DNA of 64,000 nucleotides, taken from the NCBI GenBank assembly GCA_963731685.1, contig CAVSWR010000022.1:52985-116984 (forward strand), read 5' to 3'. Origin of the DNA: an uncultured Planctomycetia bacterium. GTDB taxonomy: Bacteria > Planctomycetota > Planctomycetia > Pirellulales > S012-138. Shown one piece after another: positions 29,461-38,059 of this stretch. Below the pieces are notes generated by a model. The model did no database searches and was not told the DNA's origin. It saw only the letters and a program-made list of their open reading frames with translations. The translations under genes and the position numbers were made by a program. Each line of letters begins with the position of its first letter. Positions within the stretch are counted from its first letter, which is position 1.

Positions 29461-29891
29461 GGCCGCCGGTTCGCGGTCGGGGTTTGAGTATGTTGAGGTG
29501 AAGAAACTGTTTCCCACCTTACGCCAATCGCGGCGTTGAGTTGCGAGAGTCGCTGGCCGGACCCCAAAGCACCCCGCCGTCGACCCCCGCCTTCGGAACA
29601 GTGTGACGTTGCGTCTAAGATCAACCTCCAGGGTTTTTCGGGACCGATTTGCGCGCTAGCGGCAGCTACGCTAGCGTCGCTAGCCGGCTCTGTGTCAAGG
29701 CGTTTGCCAATGCGCGACAAAACGACAAGAGGCTTGGAATTGACGCCTGGCCTTGGCAACGGCTGGCGTGTTTTGGCTCCCATCGCTCATCCGGGCCGCG
29801 CAGGGCAGCGTTGGCGCCCGACTGCACTCGCTCTCTTACAAGTCAGGACTTGGCCGCTCCCCGTGTCGCAAGCCGCGAGCGGAGTGACTCC

Positions 29892-30998
29892 GTGAGAAAC
29901 TGGTTCAAACTACTGGCATTGCTCGTGACGGGCTTGACCGCCGGATCGTGGATGGTCGCGACGCAACCTCAGCACGATGTCACCGCCCCGGGGGAATTCG
30001 AGAAGCAAGAAGCGCTCGTCGTGGCGGCGCATTGGTTTGTGCGGGATGCCCCGAATTCGTTCGTGCGATTGGTGCAGGCGGCGAGCCAGCGCGCGGCGGT
30101 GATTGTCTTGGTCGCCGACGACCAGGATCGCCAATGGAGCCGGCGGGTCTTGACGGCTCGCGGCGTCAGCCTGGCGAATATCCGCTTCCTCGACGCTCCG
30201 CACACCACCATGTGGGTGCGCGACTACGGTCCGGTGATGGTGGTCGGCAAAAATGGCAGGCCGTACCTGGTTGATTCGGTTTATGCCCGTAATGAACTGG
30301 CGGAACGCTATGACGACGAATTGGTGACCAACGCCATTGCCGGCTATGTCGCGGCGCCGGTGATCAAGTCTCCACTGTCGCTCGACGGCGGCAACATTCT
30401 AACCAATGGCGAAGGGCTCTGCGTCGTCACGCGAAAGGTGGTCGACGAAAACTCCGACCGGGGGTTCGACCAGAAAGAGGTGGCCGGCGTGATGCGCCGC
30501 TGTTACGGCATGAAACAGGTGCTGTTCGTCGAGCCTCTGCAGGGCGAAGGCACGGGACACGCCGATGTGTTCCTGACGTTCACGTCGCCCGACACGGTTG
30601 TCGTCGGTTCGTACGATCCCACATACTCGCCCATCAACGCAGACATTCTCAATCTCAATGCTGCGTTGTTGAGCAAGGTTCACACGTCCAAAGGTCCTCT
30701 GCGCGTCGTGCGCATTCCCATGCCTTCCAACACGGATGGCCAATTTCGCACCTACACCAACGTGGTCTACGCCAATGGCCTGTTGCTGATGCCGAGCTAC
30801 GCGGACGAGGACCCCGACAAACTGCGGTTGGCGGTGGAAACCTATACACAATTGCTGCCCGGCTGGGAGATCGCGCAGATTCCGGCCACTGAGTTGATCC
30901 GGCTACACGGATCGTTGCGATGCGTCATGTTGAATCTTCCCCGCCTTGGGCAGGCGGCGGCTCTAGTTCCCAGAACACAGCAAGGCCGCTCTTCGTAA
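29892..30998 (+). CDS. membrane-anchored agmatine deiminase / Porphyromonas-type peptidylarginine deiminase (PAD_porph) family protein, paralog 1
   Basis: GTG 29892 has GGAG 7 nt upstream. N-terminal anchor WFKLLALLVTGLTAGSWMVA. Family motifs PGEFEKQEALVV, MWVRDYGPV, LDGGNILTNGEGLCVVT, GTGHADVFLTF, RTYTNVVYANG, GSLRCVMLN (Cys retained). Confidence 0.75.
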   Translation: MRNWFKLLALLVTGLTAGSWMVATQPQHDVTAPGEFEKQEALVVAAHWFVRDAPNSFVRLVQAASQRAAVIVLVADDQDRQWSRRVLTARGVSLANIRFLDAPHTTMWVRDYGPVMVVGKNGRPYLVDSVYARNELAERYDDELVTNAIAGYVAAPVIKSPLSLDGGNILTNGEGLCVVTRKVVDENSDRGFDQKEVAGVMRRCYGMKQVLFVEPLQGEGTGHADVFLTFTSPDTVVVGSYDPTYSPINADILNLNAALLSKVHTSKGPLRVVRIPMPSNTDGQFRTYTNVVYANGLLLMPSYADEDPDKLRLAVETYTQLLPGWEIAQIPATELIRLHGSLRCVMLNLPRLGQAAALVPRTQQGRSS

Positions 30999-31097
30999 TG
31001 AATGACAGGATGACCCGCAAACCTGTCGGCCGCCATGCCGGTTGCCGGCGCTCGGCGCCGCGATCGAAGTTTTCGCTGAAACCCCCGGAACGAACGA

Positions 31098-32186
31098 ATG
31101 CGTAGGTGGTACAGACAAATCGTGCTGCTCGTCATGTGCGGCGCCGCGGGATCGTGGATTGTGGCGCTCCAGCCGAAGCACGACGTGCGCGTGCCCGGCG
31201 AATTCGAGCGGCAAGAGGCCCTGGTGCTGGCCGGCCATCGGTTCATTCGGGAAGCTCCCAGCACGTTCGCCCAACTGATCAAAGTTGCCAGCGGCCGACT
31301 TCGGGTGCTTGTCTTAGTCAAGGATCAGCAGGACCGCAAACTGGCGGAACGGGTGCTGCTGGGCCGCGGTGTTTCGCCGGGGTCGGTTGAGTTTCTCACG
31401 GTGAACCACACAACCATGTGGATTCGCGACTACGGCCCGGTGATGGCTATCTCGAAGCAAGGCCGTCCGCTGCTGATCGACTCATACTACGCCCGCGTCG
31501 ATCTGGGCACACGCGGTGACGACGACGAAGCCCCCGAAGGACTCGCCAGCCAACTCAATCTGCCGATCATCAAGTCGCCAATGAATCTGGACGGCGGCAA
31601 CATTCTCACCAATGGCGAGGGGCTGTGTGTGACGACCCTCCAAACCATCGAAGAGAATGAACTTCGCGGCATGAAAGAAGCGGATGTCGTGGCTCAGTTG
31701 CGCCGCTGCTACGGAATGCGGGACGTCGTCGTGCTTGAGCCCGTGGTCGGCGAAGACACGGGCCACGCGGACATGTTCCTCACGTTCACGTCTCCGGACA
31801 CCGCTGTCGTGGCGGAATGCGACCCGGCGGCCGCCCCGGAAAACGCAGCCATTTTGAACCGCAACGCGGCGCGGCTGGCCCAAGTCCGCACGTCGCGGGG
31901 GCCTTTGCGCGTCGTGCGGATTCCCATGGACGACCTCACCAAGGGCGCCTTTCGAACGTACACGAACGTCGTCTACGCCAACGGCGTCTTGCTGGTTCCC
32001 AGCTATGCGGAAGGCGATCCCGAAAAGCTTCGGCAGGCCCTCAATACCTACGCCAAGCTGTTGCCCAAGTGGCAGATTGTGCCGGCGCCGGCCACCGAGC
32101 TAATGTGGCAGCTCGGCTCTTTGCGTTGCGTGGTAATGAACCTGCCCTCGCTCGGCCGGCCATACGGGCCGCAGCGCGGCTCGTGA
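31098..32186 (+). CDS. membrane-anchored agmatine deiminase / PAD_porph family protein, paralog 2
   Basis: Same motif set as paralog 1: PGEFERQEALVL, MWIRDYGPV, LDGGNILTNGEGLCVTT, DTGHADMFLTF, RTYTNVVYANG, GSLRCVVMN. Anchor YRQIVLLVMCGAAGSWIVA. Confidence 0.8.
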   Translation: MRRWYRQIVLLVMCGAAGSWIVALQPKHDVRVPGEFERQEALVLAGHRFIREAPSTFAQLIKVASGRLRVLVLVKDQQDRKLAERVLLGRGVSPGSVEFLTVNHTTMWIRDYGPVMAISKQGRPLLIDSYYARVDLGTRGDDDEAPEGLASQLNLPIIKSPMNLDGGNILTNGEGLCVTTLQTIEENELRGMKEADVVAQLRRCYGMRDVVVLEPVVGEDTGHADMFLTFTSPDTAVVAECDPAAAPENAAILNRNAARLAQVRTSRGPLRVVRIPMDDLTKGAFRTYTNVVYANGVLLVPSYAEGDPEKLRQALNTYAKLLPKWQIVPAPATELMWQLGSLRCVVMNLPSLGRPYGPQRGS

Positions 32187-32275
32187 TTCCGCTTTGCATC
32201 GATTCGTCGCTGCACCACGCCGACCGCGCATTCTTTCAGAGACCGAATTGGCCGTTTGGGCGCCAGCCTGACGCA

Positions 32276-32308
32276 CTGTAGGGCGACTTGTCTCAAGTCG
32301 GCCTACAG
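32276..32308 (+). terminator. long hairpin (14/15 bp stem, 3-nt loop) downstream of the PAD-like pair
   Basis: ctgtagggcgacttg tct caagtcggcctacag, 90 nt after the stop at 32186. No T-run follows. Confidence 0.4.
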
Positions 32309-32554
32309 TCAGAGAAACCGCGCCAATACGGCTAATGCTACGGCGCCGTAACGCTATTCATCAAAACCCGGGCATTGAACGCGCAACGAATGCGAGGCTT
32401 GAAACCGGCAATGGCCCGGCGTAATCTGACGCAAGAGCCCGACGCGCCGCGCGAATCGCCTTCTTTCTGACGGCTCGTTGAAACCGGCTGAAACGCGGCC
32501 CTGCCATTGCGGCGCCCGTCGGCAAGGTCGCAATAACGCGAGAATCTCTGTGCC

Positions 32555-34418
32555 ATGACCTCTCGCGGAGTGTTTTACGAGGGGTTGGCTTGGGCCGCCT
32601 TGTGGCGGCTATTCGGCGCCGGTGTGCAATACGAGCCGAGCCGGGAGCGGCACACCTGCCAGCGGCATTGCCCGCATCGCGCAAGTTGCTTCAAGCCGCG
32701 CGTATTGGAGCGTCTGATCCATACGACGCCTGACTTTCTGGCGCCCGGCGAACCGCCTCTTTTCGCGCATGTGTGCTATTGGGATAGCAAAGAGACTTCG
32801 CACGCAAAGTTCTGGCGCACGCTTTCGGAGATCGCCGAGTTGAAGTTGTTCGTGCCGGACTCGCAAAGCCTGGCGATCGTCTTTGAAGCCCAGCGGGACG
32901 GCGAGTCGTTCGCCGCCTCCGGTTGGTACGAACAGTTTTTGGAAGCGTTGCGGGCCATTTTCGACCGCTCCGTGTTCTTCGATTCACCGCGGCTGCCGCG
33001 GGACTATCAACGCGTCAGACGGCGGCTCGGCCAGGGGGCCGGCGCCGCGGCGATCCACGAGTTGATGCGCCTCCGGAAGCATAAGTACGGCAGTGTCGAC
33101 GAGCTTTCCCACGCCATACAATCCGCCGAACCAGCCAGCCAGCCGTGTTTCGACGCGCCCGCCATGTGGCGCCTCGAGCAAGATTTCTGCGGCGCGCTGG
33201 CCCCGGAGCCGCCAGCGCCGCACGAGGGTCATCGACTCCGCAACGCCACTTTGCAGTTGGTGCTGTTGATGGGCGTGTTTCGCCTGGAGTGCTTGCCGCT
33301 CATCGACCGCCTGCAAGCCATCGCCATGCGCCCTGATGAACGGTTCGACGGCCGTGAAGAATTTGTGGAGGCATTGGCGCAACTGCCGATTGCCCGGCAA
33401 GCGGGGGTCTCGCAATATGTGCTGTCGAATCGCCGGCGCGGCCTGGGCCGGGCTTCGACGGGCGATTTTTCCGACGACTTGACCTGGCTGCTCGACGCCT
33501 GGCACAACCAAACGCCGCCGCTGGGCAAAACCGTCTTCTTGCGCGGACTCGAAGCCACGCGCGACGCTTTGTTGACCTCGCCGCAGGTCATCGAATGCGT
33601 CGAAAGCCTACGCGAATTGCTGGAACGCGGCGACGCCTTCGCCTTTGCCGACTGGAAGCCCGCCCAATGGGTCGCCGCGTACGAAAGCGTGCCTCCCGGG
33701 CGGCACTACAACCGCTACGCCGAGCTGCTGATCGAGGCCGTGGGGTTGGGCACGTATCCGCTCGTGAGGGCGCTCGAGCAACGCTGGCCGAAAGAATCGG
33801 TAACGCGCTTCGACGTGCGGGCGTTGTATTCCAACCGCCGCACGCCAAATCGACAGGCGCAGTGCCGGCGGCTGCTGCGGCGCATTGCCCGCCTGTTGCC
33901 CGACGACGTCGATTGGCGGCAGGCGCGCAAGGCTACGTGCGCCGCAAGTGCGAGCGCGTGGTCGGCGCCCAATCGGCCGTCAACCCGCTCATGTGTTTCG
34001 CCACGGCGGTTCTGGAAGAGTGTCGCATGGCCGCGGGGGTGCGGCTGCTGCCCGACGTGCGGCTGCCCACGCTGCCGGCGACCTTAGTGCCCAGCCGGCA
34101 GTTGGCGGTGTGGCGGGTGTCGCTGGCCCTGCAGCGCGGCGAACAGATCATTCCACTGTTTATCTCCGGCATGCGAGGCTCGGCCGATTGGCGCACAAGG
34201 CTCGTGAGTTTGCCGCGCATCTGCGGATGGCGCGCTATGCCTGGACCCAAGGACGGGTCACAACCACGGCAGTCCGGCAAGGTGTCGCCGTGCTCGAAGG
34301 CGGGTATTCCGACGATGACAAGCGGGCCTTGAGCCTGGCGGGCTTTCGAGTTTGCTCGTTGGGAACCCTGGCCGAGACGTTAGCGCTGATGGGCCTGGTG
34401 GAACATGCGACAGATTAA
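32555..34418 (+). CDS. hypothetical ~620-aa protein, no recognisable domain; two 1-nt deletions (~33930, ~34187)
   Basis: Three collinear frames with normal composition: ...RRIARLLPDDVDWRQARK | GYVRRKCERVVGAQSAVNPLMCFATAVLEEC...IIPLFISGMRGSA | LAHKAREFAAHLRMARYAWTQG...GGYSDDDKRALSLAGF.... The break at ~33930 is a G-run deletion (gg versus the expected ggg). The end overlaps the helicase start by 14 nt. Confidence 0.55.
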
Positions 34419-36515
34419 GTGCAAGTTGCGCGACGGCCTCTCCGCGCCGGCCAAACTGGCCTGGAGCGATCTGGCGTTGCCGACGCCTTGGACGGATGTT
34501 GTCGCCGCGCTGCAACCCGCGAGAGGCCCTCGCCCGGTGCAGCTTGCCGCGTTGCGAGATTGTCGCCTGTTGGAGAGCCGGCGCAACTTGCTCGTTTCGG
34601 CGCCGACCAACGCGGGGAAAACGCTCGTCGGGCTGTTGCCGCTGCTCGAGGCGTTGCGCGCTGGCCAACCGGCCGTCTTCTTGACCCCTTTGAAAGCCGT
34701 CGCGCACGAGCAGGCTGAATACTTGCAGGCTGTCGCCCCGAGACTCGAGCAAGCCTTGGAAACGACGTTGCGCGTGCGCGTCACAACCGGCGATTGCCGG
34801 CTGGATAAGCAGGCGATCGCGGCGCCGCGGCAGGCGGAGATCGTCGTCGCCACGCCCGAGCGGTTCGAAGCGATCTTGCGAAACCCGCGGAACTTGCCTT
34901 GGATCGAGTCGCTGGCGGCGGTCAGTGTCGATGAGGCCCAACTCATCGCCTCGCCGCGCCGCGGACCGACCTTGGAGTACCTCATCACGGCGTTGCTGTG
35001 CCTCGCCGCGCCGCCGCGCCTCACGCTGCTCTGCGAGCCTCTGGCCAGCCCCAAAGACTTGTTGGCGTGGCTGGCGCCGTGCGATTGGGCGCGCGTGTCG
35101 CGGCGCTGGCCGCCGTTGTCGTTGGAAGTCTGGGCGGCCGACGCCGAGGAAGACACCAACGCCTGCGTGAGCGGCTTTGCCCGCCAGACGCTGTCGGCCG
35201 GCGACGCGCGGCTGTTGGTGTTTGTCTACCGCACCCAAGCGGCGGAGAAGCTGGCAAAGCAGTTGAACCAGACTTTGACCGCTACGGCCGGACCCGCCGG
35301 CGCGATGGCCTACCACGCCCACTTGTCGCCGGCGCGGCGCCGCGAGGTTCGCGAAGCGTTCGAGGCGGGTTCGTGCCGGCTGGTGGTCACGACCACGGCC
35401 TTGGCGATGGGAGTCAACCTGCCGGCGACCCACGTGCTGGTGCGCGACACGCTGTTCCACGGCGCCGGGCGTTTGGAGCCCAGCCAGATCTTGCAAATGG
35501 CGGGGCGCGCCGGCCGCGGCGACACGCCGGGCGCGGCCGTGGTGTTGGTCCGGCCGCGCGACGGTTGGAATCCCGATGAACTCGCCGGCCGGCTCTCCTC
35601 GTGGCGTCCCGGGGAACTTTCGTCACACTTCGATGAGGCCGCCGTGGGTTCGCTGGCGGCACCTCGCCGCGGCGCCGATGGATTGGAGGCCTTGGCCGCG
35701 CCAACGCTGTCTCTTTTGTCGCGGCGGCCCGCCCCGGGCGCGACGGTTGAGGAACTGCGACGATTCTTCGCGCGCTCGCTGGGCGGCGCGGCCTGGGCCG
35801 CGCGCTTGGAAGACGTGTTGCGGTGGCTTGCGCATCCCGATCGCCGGCTGGTTTACCGCGGCGAGCAGGGACGTTTTCAACTCACGCGCCTTGGCGCCTG
35901 CGCCGCGCGCCTTGGCGCCGGCTCGGTTGGCGGCCGGTTTGGGCCAGTTGTTGCGAGACCTGACGGCCGCTGACGCTTCCGATGGCTGGCTGGAGAGTTG
36001 GACGCCGTGCGACCACGCCATTCTGCTCTGGTTGTTATCCGCTGAACCGCCCAAGTTGCGGCGCTGACAGCGCCGCCTTGGTTCGCGAGGTAGACGCCAG
36101 GATCCGGAACCTGGGCGACGCCGCTCCCTGCCTGACGCGGCTGGGGTTGTTGGGCGACGGCCCGTTTTCGCCCGCTGAGATCCTCGGCTCGTTGGGCGTC
36201 TCGGCAACCGGCGAAATCCGCCCGCGGGCCGACTTTGCCCATCGGCTAGGCTACCAGGCGGCGTTCCACGCCTTGGAGTTCCAGTCGCGCTGCGAACGCC
36301 GGGCAGGAATTGAGCCGCGCTGGCGCGAGGCCTGGCTCTGGTTGCTGTTGGCTTTGGCCAGCCTGTTGGACATCGGCTGCTTCTACCATCACCTCAAGGA
36401 AACCCTGGCCGCCGACCCGGCGCGCGTTTCGCGAATCAAGTCGCGCCTGCGCCGCATGCGGCGTCAAGCCTTTGAAGCCCGGCGCCGACTCGAACGGTTG
36501 GAGTTGAGCCTTTAG
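34405..36515 (+). CDS. Ski2/Hel308/Lhr-like SF2 DExH-type helicase (motif II DEAQ); two frame breaks in the C-terminal part (~35900, ~36065)
   Basis: SAPTNAGKT, TPLKAVAHEQ, TTGD, VVATPERFE, VDEAQLI, RGPTLEYL, AYHAHLS, VVTTTALAMGVNLPA, QMAGRAGR. The C-terminal pieces lie in ORFs 35576..36067 and 35982..36515. Confidence 0.8.
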
Positions 36516-36614
36516 GGCGCCGGCGTCGCAGGCTACAATCCGGTCCTGAACGGCGCCGCCGAGGCGCCGCTGGCCGCAGGCGCCTGTTCCGTTCCCCGAC
36601 CCCGTGGAGTCTTC

Positions 36615-38011
36615 ATGCCAGAATATGAATTCGACGTGGCCGTGATTGGCGCCGGGCCCGGCGGCGAAGGGGCCGCGATGCAGGCCGCCAAGCAAGGCAA
36701 ATCGGTTGTGGCCGTCGAACGCTATACCGAGATCGGCGGCGGCTGCACGCATTGGGGCACGATCCCCAGCAAGGCCCTGCGGTACGCCATCTTTCGCATG
36801 GCCGACATCAACAACAATCGGCTGTTTCACGAGGCGGGCGTTGCGGTCAATCTTACCTTTCCGCAGTTGCGCGCGACCGCCGAAGAGGTGATCGTAGAAC
36901 AAGTCAGCATGCGGCAAGCGTTCTACGAGCGCAACGGCGTCGAGGTCGTGCATGGCGAAGCCCGCTTTGTCGATGAGCACACCGTCGAGGTGCGCCGGCC
37001 CGACGGAGGCATGCGGCGTATGACCGCCGCCGGCGTCGTCATCGCCACCGGCTCAAGGCCCTACCGTCCGCCGAATGTCGATTTCAGCCACCCGCGCGTG
37101 TTCGACAGCGACACGATTCTCGATCTGAGCCATACGCCGCGCTCGATCACCATCGTGGGCGCGGGCGTGGTGGGCTGCGAATACGCGTCGATGTTCCGCA
37201 ACCTCGCCGTGAAGGTCAACCTGGTCAACTCACGCGACAAACTGCTCGATTTTCTCGACGACGAAATCATCGACGCCTTGGCCTACCATCTCCGCGATCA
37301 CGGCGTGCTCATTCGCCATCGGGAGAACTACCAGCGCGTCGAAGCGCTCGACGACGGCGTCGTGCTGCACCTCGAGTCGGGCAAGCAATTCAAGACCGAC
37401 GCCCTGTTCATGGCCATCGGCCGCTCGGGCAATACGGAAGCCTTGAACCTGTCGGCCATCGGTTTGGAGGCCAACCACCGCGGGCAACTCGTCGTGAACG
37501 ACGACTTCCAAACCGCGGTCCCGCACATCTACGCGGTGGGCGACGTGATTGGGTATCCGGCCCTGGCCAGCGCCGCCTACGTGCAGGGGCGCTACGCCGC
37601 CGGGCACATGATCAACGGCCATTTCGACCGCTCACTGGTGCAAGATCACCCCACCGGCATCTACACCACGCCGGAGATCAGTTCGCTGGGCAAGACCGAA
37701 CGCGAGCTAACCGAGGCCAAGGTTCCCTACGAAGTCGGCCAAGCCATGTTCAAGTGCCTGGCGCGGCGCAAATCACGGGGCAAACCGTCGGCATGCTCAA
37801 ACTGCTGTTCCACCGCGAGACGCTCGCGCTGTTGGGCATCCACTGTTTCGGCGCCAGCGCCTCGGAGATCATCCACATCGGCCAAGCCATCATGGCCCAA
37901 CCCGGCGAGGCCAACACGCTACGTTATTTCATCAACACAACATTCAACTATCCCACCATGGCCGAAGCCTACCGCGTAGCCGCCCTGAACGGCTACAACC
38001 GGCTGTTCTGA
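36615..38011 (+). CDS. sthA: soluble pyridine nucleotide transhydrogenase; 1-nt G-run deletion ~37765
   Basis: [51 protein letters not shown], and C-terminus ...[33 protein letters not shown]...[24 protein letters not shown]. This closely follows E. coli SthA as I remember it. The total length fits ~465 aa. Confidence 0.9.
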
Positions 38012-38059
38012 AGCGGACTGACGGTATTCGACGACGCGGGAGAATAATGGAGACGGTCG

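Noticed and set aside
35886-35920. 21-nt periodic direct repeat (cgcgccttggcgcc twice) inside the helicase gene, as a possible cause of the nearby frame break.
   Set aside because: A 21-nt unit preserves the frame. It is a short imperfect repeat in Ala/Leu/Gly/Arg-rich coding sequence and is probably incidental.
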